64,000 nt of DNA from Haliotis rufescens (taxonomy: Eukaryota): assembly GCF_023055435.1 (NCBI RefSeq), contig NW_025964112.1:10478001-10542000 (forward strand), written 5' to 3'. The notes beneath the pieces were generated by a model. The model did not search any database. It was not told the DNA's origin and was given only the letters and a program-made list of their open reading frames with translations. Positions 38,528 through 50,857 of this stretch are shown here, piece by piece. Both the position numbers and the translations under genes were made by a program. Within the stretch, counting starts at the first letter, position 1. The number at the start of each line of letters is the position of its first letter.

Positions 38528-38661
38528 GTCAGAGGCAATTGCGTGGATCGATGCTCATGATATTAATCACTTGATTGTCGGGTCCAGACTCGTTTTTTTA
38601 AAGACCGCCGGAATATCGCTGGAGTATTGCTGAGCGCGGCGTTAAACAGCAAACCAACCAA
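38528..38661 (+). mobile_element. SINE-like family B, 5'-truncated, present only in duplication copy A
   Basis: TSD ctgggtagacgc at 38516-38527 and 38662-38673; empty site in copy B at ~61033. Confidence 0.9.
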
Positions 38662-39561
38662 CTGGGTAGACGCTCGATCCACTGCACCACGGATGTTTCA
38701 TTTATTGCAACTTTTACTTTGTCTATAATTGTTGATGTATACACCTACATAATTATGTTATTATTACCCACAACAGCTGTTGAAGCTGAAAAGTGTTCTG
38801 AGACGGACCCTGAATCCGGCAGTGCAGCCAGTATCACCAGCACAACCGACGTCAAAATAAAAACCTGTCCGTCTCTTGATGTGAAAGCTGTACAGGGTAT
38901 TGTGGACGAGAACCTCTCAAAATCAAACCCACCTAGGGAATTAACATATTTCGACGTAAGACAATAGACAATAAAGAATATTTACAAACAACACAAATCT
39001 AAAATGCAACACTACCTCCTTTACCCCATTGACTTAGCAATGTAATGCGTGGTTAATGTATCGTCATCAAAGTTTGCAAAACTCTTAACCGAATACATAA
39101 ATGAAAACAAATTAGGCCCACTTACTGTTACAGTTGTACCCTGAAGCAGGCCATTCGTTCACACCTTCATTTCAGGCGAGTTAACACTATCTTTGAAAGG
39201 GGTAATATAATATATACGTATTCCTTAATTTGATTATGTGTATTTTGAAGATACACATGCCTATCACTTACAAAATAAAAGAAGAACTGTGAGAGAGAAC
39301 TTAATTTATGAATGTTTTGTGAAGGCGTGACCACCCCTTTGTAAATAATGAACAATCATAATTGGAGTACCTTGACACCAGTGATTGGTTTCGCGGCATC
39401 CCATGTCATGCATTTCGCCGATGGTAAGCACGTGGACAAATTTCGCAAATGACAGTTCGGTTGCATCATGCTCTAATGAATGAGTTCCTCCTGAACACGA
39501 TTTTAAAGAACTTTCATATTACAATTAGATTATAAATATCACGGTTTTTTTTAATTTTGCG

Positions 39562-39664
39562 TGATGTATGCTGAATTGATGTACGAAATGTCTTTCATTT
39601 GAACACTCCACATTTCGGCATGAGATTCAAATGAAATTTTCGTACATCCATTCAGCATAACATC
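39562..39664. repeat. Long imperfect palindrome (copy B ~63159-63261)
   Basis: Arms gatgtatgctgaattgatgtacgaaa...tcatttgaa and ttcaaatgaaattttcgtacatccattcagcataacatc. Confidence 0.8.
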
Positions 39665-42080
39665 CTAATTAATGTCTTATCGGGCTTCTTGTATTATCAT
39701 GCCTTTGTGATATATATGAGAAAAAGACATCAAGACATAATGAAAGCATGTGTTATGAATATGCTTTGGCTACAAACTTTTTTTCTCTCGCAATACTGTT
39801 TGTTAAAAGGTTTGACGTGCGGACAGAATGAGCCAGTGATGAAAGTATTGTTGTTTCACCAGCGTTAGAACACCTAGACATTTTGGTAAGGACGGGGATC
39901 ACCAGCACCCTGTGTTTGTTGTAAGAGACCACTGGTGGTCAGGCTCGATGGCTTGGCTGATTTACATGTCATTGTATCCCAATAGCGTGAATCGATGGAT
40001 TGTCTCGTCAAGATTCGAATATTTACAGATCGTCGTCTGGACTATTGCAGTGTGCGGTGTTAAACATAAAAATAAAAACCAAACATATATTTCGCCGTCG
40101 TACTTGTACTAAACTTTTGTCCCATGACAACTATGCCTGACAATTTCCCTCACAGGTTTAACAACACTTGCGTCTCCTCGGCTTATCTCGCGATCAACAC
40201 AGTACCAACGGCAGAAAGAGAATATTTTACATGCCCACCTTTCACAAATGCTTCGTTGCGCATTATCAGCAGATCTGCGTCAGAAGTTCAACAGTACTTC
40301 CTTCATACAATCTTTCCAGTGCTGACAACGATTTACGTCATCCGGTTGCCTCAAGAATCATGTAAATTATGAAGATTGCAGATTTAAAACTTTATGTATT
40401 TCAGATGCTTAATGTACAATCATAATATTCATCACATAGTATTCATGGCACATATGTTAGGAATAGTGGTCATTGTTTAGTGGGCCAAGCATATGTAAAA
40501 CTTAACATGTATTGTCAACACATCCCAGTTTCCCGACATTTAGTGATAGAAAAGTAATATTCATACGAAAATTCATTGTGGATCGATCTAATGGATATTG
40601 TTAACTGGATCAAGCGTACGTAAAAGTCACTATATCACAGGTGTATGCTGCAAGATGAGTCTTTGCAGCCAAAAGTAATGGGATTTACACCATGATCAAC
40701 CTTGCCCACGTTATGCAACACGTTCCTGTAATTGAACAACTTGGATGAAACGGTTTATTTGCGAAAATGAAACTGTGTGTGGTTGTTTGCCTGATTCTCC
40801 TCCGTGTTAGCATGTATCATTGTAAACGTGCATTGATAAGTAATTAGTTGTGCACGAATAGCAAGACTGACCCTACAAGCGTGTGAATTAACCTTAAGAA
40901 AAATATAAACACTGTTTGACGACGTTTTTGGTCTTTTGTCATCAGTTCCAAATTAGAACAACATCATGAGCTCAGCATGTATGTTCAGCCTTTTAAATAT
41001 TTATATTTGATCTTGAAAGACTTCAATCCCAGATATCGACCGAAACAGACCTTACTGAAATGTTACCTAAAAGGGTGCCTTTCTGAAGTGCCATAAAACC
41101 TTCCAAAATGCTGTCTATGCAAATACATATATTGGACACAGTCTTGTGCTCCCACGAATGGCCCTGGAAAATCAACTTCTTTAATACAAATGTATCTGCT
41201 TCATAAGGATGTTGTCATTGGTTACACATCAAGTTTATGAATATCACTCAAAAACCTTGCCTTGATGTCGTGCATCACCCAGTTTGTTTTGATGACTCGT
41301 ACACGTCACATTTGCTTTATGGTTGAAAGTATCATGGTATAGGGGTTCCAACTCAAAGCAAGTACGTGATCTGTCTTTTCACGTGGATGTATTTCTCTGC
41401 GTTGCTCTTGTATGTATGAGGCGCTACATAGCGATCAGTGTAAGTGTAGCACGTCAGTGGTTCAGGTTGTTAGGTGGTAGTTTAACAATGCATTAAATAA
41501 TGCATTAAATATGATTCAGTTCATATTCAGACAAGATGTTTTTAGACATACAGTAAACTACGTTTATAACGAACTGATCCATGTAACGAACTTATTTTTC
41601 AGTCCCGACCATTTGTTGCATAAATGCTGTATATATGCTTATAACGAACTACGGTTATTACGAACTAAAATTAGTGGTCCCTTCGAGTTCGTTATGAGCG
41701 TTGTTTACTTTTGTTGATTATAGTTTAAAAATCATGAAATACATGGAACCCAGAACTAGATCAGATGAGAGAATATACATTTTGTCAGGTATCCAACATT
41801 ATGTCATATCAGCTGATTAATAAACAAACCTTATCTATATCTCTGTGGTCTTCATTTCTATAACTCTCACAGTTTTGAATAAATGGTTATTCAAATATCA
41901 TTGACAGTCATGACATTGAAAGGGTGCGTTTGTATTGCAACGTCTTTGTCAGCTGAAACTCCAAATGGAATGAGTGAGTAAGTGAGTTTGGTTTTACGTC
42001 ACCTTGAACAGTATTATATGTCCACGTGTGAAATTCATTAGGGAAGAAAGGCTGAAGTAATGATTCTTGTACGCCTAAGG

Positions 42081-42215
42081 GACTCTTTACGACTCTGTTC
42101 GACTCTGTTCGACTCTGTACGACTCAGTTCGAGTCTGTACGACTCGGGTCGACTCTGTTCGTCTCTGTACGACTCTGTACGACTCTGTACGACTCTTTAC
42201 GACTCTGTTCAACTT
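42081..42215. repeat. 10-bp tandem repeat (gactctgtac)n
   Basis: About 13 degenerate units. Confidence 0.9.
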
Positions 42216-43510
42216 TACACGGCGGTTGGTGGCATGTTTGACGACTGCGTCAGCGATGCCAACTTTAAGAAACAATGACATTGTACCAAAGTTTATAACA
42301 TGTAGTGCATTGGTGTGAATTGGTTAAGCCCATTACGACTGGGCACTCTGTGTGTAATGGTGTAACTGTCAGGTGACAGATCGGGCTTGCGCCTGGCTGT
42401 TCACAAGACTAACAGATGGATATCGCTGACAAGAGTAATTGTTTTTCACAACTCGGTGTGCTTAGCAAGTCCCGCCAATAAAGATAAAATCTGTTGCATG
42501 ATATATTCAGGTGAGATCGCCATGTGTTATGCAATATGTGTTATGCTCAATTCGGAAATAACGCCATGTCAGAGACCGTACCGTGTGCTCGCCATCTGAC
42601 CATGAAAATGTTATGGAAAAATGTATTTATGAAAGAAGATGAAAGCTGAATTGACCCGTCTTAAATGCACATTAATTCGTATTTTGTCACTGCATCTAAT
42701 TGCACTGGCATTATATAATTATATCTACTGACGGTTGTTTAGTGTAAATTTTTAAGAATGTGCAGTTTTCATATCATAATAATATAGGAATGGGAATATA
42801 CAACGATTAAACGGAAAAAGGTGTGGAAAAAAGTGAAATTACCTTAAATTGAAACGGAGCACAAGAAAATGGGTTAGATTTGTGAAATCGTTGGGCAACC
42901 TCAATCTATTATTGGTGTAACCATCTTATATATGTAGTAAATATCCTAGATCTGTTGTTCAGGACTAACGGAACAAGACACGGCAGAAGGGAAGAGAAGG
43001 AAGGGACAAAACTGCTTAACATGGATATTTCAAATAGGCGCCACAATCAAAGGTATGGGTTGCAACGCCATATTCAATCTCAGACAAATCATACCTTATC
43101 GCAAGTGTAACCACATTGATGTGAACACTTGACTTGACGTGTTTGTGCTGGGTGCCCCCTGTGGAACAGGATTCGCGAACAACTGGTATCATCTCTATTG
43201 ATAGTAATTCTTAAATACATGCTTATGATATAGTCGGAATCGTAAACAGACTCTGCCTTTAGCAGAAATCATTAATGATTATAGAACGTGTTTTGTGGCA
43301 TTTATTTCCAGAGTAAAACGACGAGGAATGAAAATACGAAATAAAAAAACAAACAAAGCTTTTAATGAACATACCATTTATTTAGTAACAGGTACATCAG
43401 TTTGATGCTAGGTTTACATTCAATACGCATGAGCATATTCAAGATAGATATATTACCAAACTTTTTAATGAATGTGAATTTAGCTCGTTCGTGTCATTTG
43501 CTGTGGGAGC

Positions 43511-43914
43511 TTAGCGAGCATGAAGGAGGACTCCTCCATAGTTCGAGAAGTAGTTACCATAGATGTTCAATGTTTCACGAGGTTTTGTGAACCAGATTTT
43601 CTCCCCCTTGTTGACATTGACTATGTAGTTAAGAGTCGCAATGCCAAATTGAAGTTCTCTCGAACTAAATCCAGTGAAAAGACGCACACCTTCTTTGATC
43701 AGCGCAATAAAGAGGGCCCCCCTGTCGTAGCTCATGATGTTGGCCCAGAAGAGGTAGGTGCCGGACACGGGAGCTTCAAATATACCGGAAGTAGCATGGT
43801 ACCCTCCGCCATTGTTGTCTGTGACTGTGTCAAATTTGAGAACCTCTTGATTCTGGACAATGGTTGGTAGTGCCTTTGCCTTCACTTGGTACGAAACAAA
43901 CTCAAGGGATCTAT
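43511..43914 (-). CDS. C1q-domain-containing protein B, globular C1q exon
   Basis: Acceptor tttcag| at 43916-43915 is phase 1. Translation includes LKFDTVTDNNGGGYHATSGIFEAPVSGTYLFW...NKGEKIW...SNYGGVLLHAR*. Clear paralogue of gene A. Confidence 0.92.
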
Positions 43915-44776
43915 CTGAAATTAGATAATTATAAATCATGATATGGTCTAGATCATGCTTATGAGACATAAACAGGAAATAATGATAGTTTCTTCAAAAA
44001 TATTCTTGAATTAAAAGTAGATAAAGTGAGAGTGTGAACGGCGTTGCCATAGTCAACTATCTTAGCACGGCATTAAGTGGACAAAAGTGCCGGGTATATC
44101 ATTATGACATCATAGGGTGTACGTCAAGTATCACTAAAAACTTGACAAAAGGGTATGTCCCGCTTTGACGACCGTACTGTATGGTTTATTTGGACAAATA
44201 AATACATATCCCACGTGCTTGAAAACAGATTTATCGCATTGTCTGGCACAGAGAAAAAAGTAAGGTTGCGTATATATTAACATATAAAAGCTTGACAAAG
44301 TTTCTGACAGTCATAAACAATCGTTATGAAAGTAAATTAATAACACTGTTTATCAGAAATATGATTAAACATGATCGTTGGGAGAACATTTACAATTTGA
44401 GAAGACAATAGAGAGACTTTAAAAGTCCACTTGGGCGATCGCCATCACAGTCTGTTGCCATTTGGGGGATAAAGCATAATCTAATATACTGATGCAAACA
44501 TTTACAATAAACAAAATTCAATTTATTCCTTTTGCTACTTGACATTTTAAACAGAGTTAGAATGACAGCCTGGCATTTAGGAGTTATCTCCATTGTACAT
44601 GACAAAATGACAAAATAACTGGGAATCTTTGGCAAAGGTGGAAATGATTAATGATGTATCGGTTCAACATGCTATATTCAGAAGGTTAAAAGGAAGAATA
44701 GACCAGAGAAGTTCGGTTTTATTCGGCATATATGTTTTCGTTATGGCACCCAAACCTTAATTTTCAATATAAAACT

Positions 44777-44935
44777 TGAGTGAGTGAGTGAATATGGTTT
44801 GACACTGCTTTCAGCAATATCCCATCAATATCACGGCGGGGGACACCAGAAATTGGCTTCACACATTGTACACATGTAGGGAATGGAACCCGGGGTTTCG
44901 GCGTGACGCGCGAACGCTTTAACCATAAGGCCACC
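44777..44935 (-). mobile_element. SINE family A (diverged), inside the C1qDC-B intron
   Basis: Reverse complement of family A body and (gagt)n tail. Confidence 0.85.
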
Positions 44936-46769
44936 ATGAAACGTGAACCACTTCAATGAGACACGTAGGAAGATATCCTGCAAACATGATTTAAACTGCC
45001 ATCATGTTGTAAGAAGCGACTAACGGGAACGGGTGGTCAGGCTCGCTGACTTGGTTGATGCATGCCATCATGTCCCAATTGCGTAGGTCGATGCTCATGA
45101 TATCAATCACTGGATTGCCTGGTCCATACTCTAATATTTACAACCGCCATCATGTAGCTTGAACATAGATTTATGCGGCATTGAACAACAATCAAACAAA
45201 ACACTTGAAAAAATGAAGCGGAGTTTTGTTTGTTTTGTTCTAAAGTAAGAGCTTTTCTTCCCATATTTCTGTGACCCCTTCCTACACTGTATACCACCCC
45301 GACTAGCGAGCTATACTTACTTATTTCTGTGATCCCTTCCTACACTACTTTGGCGTCATAAAACTCTCCTGATGGGAAGTCGAAACAGTAGACATGACGT
45401 CACAGTACGCAACCATCAAGTTGCGATAGAAAAAACGTCAACCTTTGTCGTCGCTACTACATGTTACAATACATTCTCTAAGTATTTGTTCGACAAGTAC
45501 TCTGCCTGAAATATATTACCAAACTCGCTGTAAATAATGTAGGAACGTCATTAAGGTGAGATCAGTATTTGAAAATGCCAAGCCGACCGGTTTGCGAAAG
45601 AAGTGCCTCTGAATAAATACTTTTTTCGGTAATGCGGTCACTCTTTTACGTAGATTGGCTGACGGTTGCAAATGTTTACTGTATGACGTGACTACTACAA
45701 TATCAATATCATTTATTCCGAATGTAGGCCTCCCAGCCCATAATTATAAATGTGTATAAACAAAATACCTCAAACTGCTAGACTCTCGGCAGTAACCTGT
45801 CCCGAGTGATTACATTACATAATGTTTTAATTTACAGATTCATTTGCAAATTCAAGTGACTTAAAGTGATATGTTGTCTTTAAACAGCGTTCGTAAGTAT
45901 GAAACAAATTCATCCTCAGAAAGTACGTTCAAAAACGTTGATCGATCCTTTGGATGAAACTGAAATAAAAAAGCTCCTACTTTCCAAGACTCCGTTTGTT
46001 TTTTCATATGTTTAATATGGTATTGATACATAAGTAAATATTGATTGGCTGTAGAGATTTCTCTTTGTAAACTGTTATACATCGGACAAACATCAGAAAA
46101 TGTTTTTCATTTTCCACAACGGACAAAGTCGCCCTCGAACATGTTCTCACCTGTGTGTAAACTTTCCACATCTACATCCACCAAGTGCCTACAAAGTACC
46201 TTTTTAAATTTAAATCACTTTATGTAGGAGAGACACTTTTCTATATGTAGATATAGTTTAAGTTGACTGAATACTTCAAGTTTTATGATTATCACGAATA
46301 TTAGATTTCAATTCCTGAAGGCGCACATCTTTCAGTCGTTGATGAAAAGCGGAGATAAACGTATAGACCCAGCCAACACCTTGGGCAAGCCAAGCTTATC
46401 CAAATCCTAAAGAAAATAATCATGTACGTATATCACCAGCCCAGGTCCTACGACCAGCATTGTCAAGGGGTATAAGCAGAAAAGTGACATTTCAATATCT
46501 ATTCTATATTTACGGTTAAATCTTAAAGGCACAGTGTTGATTTTATGGCTTGTTGTGATAACTGTAAATGAGTTCAACTCGACGTAGTAAGTCATGCTTA
46601 TCTTTATTTTCAAACATGAAAGTTTTCGACTTTAACCCTTTGTACTCTGATGATAATTGTCCTTTACGTTGTCCTTAAATCTTCCACAATGAATCACGAA
46701 ACCCCAGTTACAAGTGCCCCAAAACGTTATGATGTTGACAAAAAAGATGATTTCATCCATAATTATATT

Positions 46770-47230
46770 ATTTATTTGACTGAAATTGATCAAATAACAA
46801 AAAGGGCTGAGTCAGCTCTAAAAGGTCTCGGTGACCCGGATAAGAATGTTATCTCTGTCGCTCTTCGAGGCCGCACGCAATACTTTCGGTGTGAAATCTA
46901 CCCGGCGTGTAAAGGCAACTGGCTATAAGTCAAGTAATAGACAACAGAAACCGTGGTTTGGTTACGAATGCCAAGAAGCGCGCAAACAGTATCATAAGTC
47001 AAGGAAACAATTTTCAAAGAAAAGAAATAAATTTAACTTTAGACAACATGCCATATAATATATGAGAATAGTCAACAGATTCAGAAATAAACAGCAAAAT
47101 ACATCAAGTCCGTTGTGACGTGATCGTTCTAAACATTCCCCAAAAGAATATTGGAGTTTGTTAAACCCCAAATCTAACGATGATACTGAAACGCAACCCA
47201 ATGCAAATGTCAGTGCTAATCACCTTGCTG
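46770..47230 (+). mobile_element. CR1/L2-group LINE ORF2 fragment (linker between endonuclease and RT)
   Basis: QKPWFGYECQEARKQYHKSRK and PKEYWSLLNP motifs, frameshifted. Confidence 0.65.
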
Positions 47231-47431
47231 GCTTCAATTTGCCCTTTGCTATGTCCCCTGTTTCACCTATCAGTGCTAATGACCCCAGGCCTCCCGTTTG
47301 ACCAGTGTCAATTACCTATTACTTATCTATGATATTTAAGTACTGGCTCCCATACTATCAGCGATAATTACTGTACAGTGTTGGCTTCCATTGTCTATTG
47401 TTAATCACCTATAGCGCCAATCATCTGAATA

Positions 47432-47965
47432 CTTACTGCATGACGTGCCAAGTTCTTCCATGTGGACAGGCGATGGTGTGTGAATACCAACTGCAGGACA
47501 TGCCAAATTCTTCCACGTGGACATACGATAGTGTGTGAATACTAAGGGCAGGACGTGCCAAGTTCATCCACGTAGACAGGCGATGGTGTGTGAATACTAA
47601 GGGCAGGACGTGCCAAGATCGTCCACGTAGACAGGCGATGGTGTGTGAATACTAGTACCTACTGCAGGACGTGCCTTTGTTCTTCCACCTAGACAGGCGA
47701 AGGTGTGTGAATACCTTCTGCATGACGTGCCAAGTTCTTCCGCGTAGACAGGCGATGGTGTGTGAATACCTACTGCAGGACGTGCCAAGCTCGTCCAGGT
47801 ACACAGGCGATGGTGGATGAATACCTACTGCATGACTTGCCTTCGTTCTTCCAAGTGGACAGGCGATGGTTGGTGAAAACTTACTGATTGACGTGTCCAG
47901 TCCTTCCACGTAGACAAGCCATGGTTGGTGAAAACGTATTGTTTGACGTGCCTACTTCTTCCCTG
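47432..47965. repeat. 55-bp minisatellite, about 10 units, in the C1qDC-B intron
   Basis: gacgtgcc-type unit starts at 47442, 47497, 47552, 47607, 47668, 47724, 47779, 47834, 47890 and 47945. Confidence 0.93.
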
Positions 47966-48004
47966 AAGTCTGGGGATGGTAAGAAACATATTAGCAAGAC
48001 TTAC

Positions 48005-48172
48005 TGGATGTGCACGGGGTTCTTCTTTCCAATGGTGTTGATTTGAATGCCAAAAGCTGACGTTCCACAGCCTGGAGTCTGGCGTTCATTTTTCCACCAT
48101 CTGTCTGCTCGTCTGGGTTGGACTCTAGGGTTAGGGTGAAAAGAGCGAAGGTAAGAAACACATAGGCTTTAT
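48005..48172 (-). pseudogene. Second, paralogous leader exon of C1qDC gene B with a broken start codon
   Basis: Translation KAYVFLTFALFTLTLESNPDEQTDGGKMNARLQAVERQLLAFKSTPLERRTPCTS; ARLQAVERQLLAF matches ARLETVERHILAF of exon 1. It has a phase-1 A|gtaagt donor. The context gacatcAT-AAA compares with gacatcATGGAG in exon 1. Confidence 0.7.
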
Positions 48173-48406
48173 GATGTCTCTTGTGTAGATACAACCGGAC
48201 TAGTGCTTTATGCTGCCTTGCTTACTATTAATGTAATAAACTAAATGAATTGTTGAACCTCAGCGAGTTTTTAATCGGTCTATCTTATTAACAGGTCTTC
48301 GTATTGATGTACAATGCACAGATACTAGCAGCTGGATGTCTCTTACAATTAGGTTTTGAAAGAAACGTGTTTTATGTTAGAGACTTGCAAGATTGTGAAC
48401 ACTTAC

Positions 48407-48569
48407 TTTTGCTACGAGTTGGTCTATCGTTGAAAGCCAGAATATGACGCTCCACAGTCTCCAGTCGGGCAATCACGGATTCCAGTGTACTTGATTTGTC
48501 TAACCCAGATCCTGCAGCGAGAACTAGTGATATCAGAGCGACAATGCTGCAAATGATGACTTTCTCCAT
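48407..48569 (-). CDS. C1q-domain-containing protein B, exon 1 (signal peptide + short coiled coil)
   Basis: MEKVIICSIVALISLVLAAGSG signal peptide and ARLETVERHILAF coil. Donor A|gtaagt is phase 1 and joins 43914 in frame (163+404 nt = 188 aa + stop). Confidence 0.82.
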
Positions 48570-48599
48570 GATGTCAGGTGTGTACAGACAGCTGACATC

Positions 48600-48614
48600 C
48601 AGCGTTCATTTATA
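48600..48614 (-). promoter_or_regulatory. TATA box/core promoter of C1qDC gene B
   Basis: TATAAATGAACGCTG on the minus strand starts 45 nt upstream of the ATG at 48569; 14/15 identical to the gene A motif. Confidence 0.65.
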
Positions 48615-49743
48615 GTGTTCGGGTACGTTGTATTTGCCAGCATGTTGCAAAGGTGTGATATATATGAAACTCCCATATGTCCATAACAACTGATGTGATA
48701 TCGATTTTTATTTTATAGGAGCCCAAAGAGCGGATCAAGCGTATGTTCTGAACTCCAGATGGCACACACTCAAAATGAATGCAAACCGGACTTATATGAG
48801 TTTGTTTGTATGCATGAGTAGACCAAGTAGGTTAATGCAATAATGTGAGTAAATTGTAATTGAAGTATTTGGGTTTTACACATACATTTTGTATCATTGT
48901 TGTTTTACGCCACACTCCGCAATATTCCAGCTAAATGACGGCGGAAGGTAAAAATCGAATCTGCACCAGACAATCCAGTGATTGACATCATGTGCATCGA
49001 TCTACGCCATTGTGATACAAAGACATGCATCAACCAAGTCAGCGAGCCTGACCACCCGATTCTAACCCGAGACCTACACGGGAATGCATACATTTAATTT
49101 ATCCTACATTATAATGTAAAAAATGTTCTTCCAGTTGAACATTTTGTTGGACAGTTTGCCAAGGAAGACATGTTTGACTAATATAATTCAAATTCTTTAT
49201 TCTTTCAATGCGACGGTAAAGGTGCATCTGTATCATTTATAGTGTCAGGTACGGGGCATCTTCCAACAGTTTGAACAAGTATGATATATTTGATCGTATG
49301 AAACACCAACGGGCACAAGAGGAATGGCCGTCATCCTCCACATACCAGGGATAATCCTCTTCGGCATTATCATACCATGGTTGCCCAAGGGTATGTGAGA
49401 ACATGGTGTTACCATGTTTATAGAAGCTGGATTTGAGGATGGAGGGCAAGGACGATCCCTTCAATGTCTGTCCTCTTTTCCAAATGCAAATACTGAGACC
49501 TGCGTGCAATGGTCTCTCGGGTGGATAGGGTTTCATCTGTACAAATCCACTGACCTAAGTTAAATGGGATTGGCCGAGGGGCCCTGGATTTTGTTTGGCC
49601 TCGTACCCTCCCCTCCCTATGCCCGGGGGTTAGAGCATGTTACTGGTGGACATTCTCCTTAGCACACTGGAGGACCCGAGGGTCAATTCTCCTCAGTGTT
49701 GGGGTTTGTCACGTAAGTCCGCCTTGACACTGTCATATTATGT

Positions 49744-49920
49744 GGGGCGGTCGCGTAGCCTAGTGGTTAAAAAGCGTTCGCTCGTCACGCCGAAGACCCG
49801 GGTTCGATTCCCGACATGGGTACAATGTGTGAAGCCCATTTGTGGTGTCCCCCGCCGTGATATTGCTGGAATATTGCTAAAAGCGGCGTAAAACCATACT
49901 CACTCACTCACTCACTCACT
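49744..49920 (+). mobile_element. SINE family A
   Basis: Full-length copy; flanked by cata(t/c)tatgt. Confidence 0.9.
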
Positions 49921-50191
49921 TCCATACTATGTACCTCAGAACTAGGGCTAGGCATGGGTGCTTTGGCGAGACAGCCATATCAAGGAACATCGAGGTTACT
50001 GGCTTCCAGGTTGGGTAGAACTTCAGAGAAAACATCCATTTCTATGCTGAAATCTTGAGAGGCCGTCTGCCACCGGTCATAGAAAGCGCTATGACTTTTT
50101 GGAGTAAGTCATCTGCGCCTGGCTTGCAAGTTGATCTCCGCTTGTTCCAGTTGTTTTAACTTTGAGTTAATAGTATCCATATCAGGGCCAG

Positions 50192-50857
50192 GAGTGAGTG
50201 AGTGAGTTAAAATTTTAAGTCACATCGGCAATATTTCAGCCATTTCGTGACTATCAAGGGTTAAATATAATAAATACTATTAAACTTATATAAAAACATG
50301 CCAATGAAGGACAGTAAACTAACTAGAATTATCACAGCAAAAGATATAAAACTAGATATAAAAAATGATAGGACTATACATAACAATAACATAATAAAAA
50401 CGGCTATAGATCGCCAGCCACTGAAGGTAGAGCACCACGCTGGGGACCATGGGGACTAACTGTACCTTTGCTACCTGCATTGACCCCAGCAGGATTTACA
50501 TCATCCCCTCAGTCGCTAGCGGTTGTACATAACTTTAGCCACAAATAAAATTACAAATATGCTACGTTTAAAAGCGTAGTGGATGTAAATATTCTTCGTT
50601 TAGAACCAGAATGATTGTGAGCCATGGTGAAAGGAAATTATTCAGCAACCCTGCTCCCAACCCACAATGGAATGTCAACAAGGACAGTGTTAAACTGCAT
50701 CGGATCCCCAGGATGCAAACACAAGGGATACAGGGTTGTTATACGCCAGCGAATATGACACAAAGGGCAATATTTGAATTTGGAGGTCAACAACTACAGA
50801 TTGGCCAATGAGCCACCGCCTTCTGAGGACACATTCTACCCCGGGTCCACACGGGGG
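50192..50857 (-). mobile_element. Bipartite (internally deleted) LINE derivative: structured 5' head + 3' tail
   Basis: Begins cccccgtgtggacccggggtagaatgtgtcctcag, the same motif as the family B head, and ends in the LINE tail plus (ACTC)n. Confidence 0.6.

Larger units (their letters stand above)
29029..40375 (+). repeat. Segmental duplication, copy A
   Basis: Collinear with 50916-64000, from cctaaggtcagacgaaacctgaagta to caagaatcatgtaaattatg. Roughly 90-97% identical by eye, with indels. Confidence 0.95.

Noticed and set aside
43520-43870. 116-aa plus-strand ORF; likewise 869-1126 (-) and 15853-16059 (-)
   Set aside because: Antisense shadows of real exons on the opposite strand.
47432-47965. 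CRISPR-like array or repetitive coding exon
   Set aside because: Eukaryotic context, no unique spacers and no cas genes. The unit length of 55 shifts frame and stops occur.
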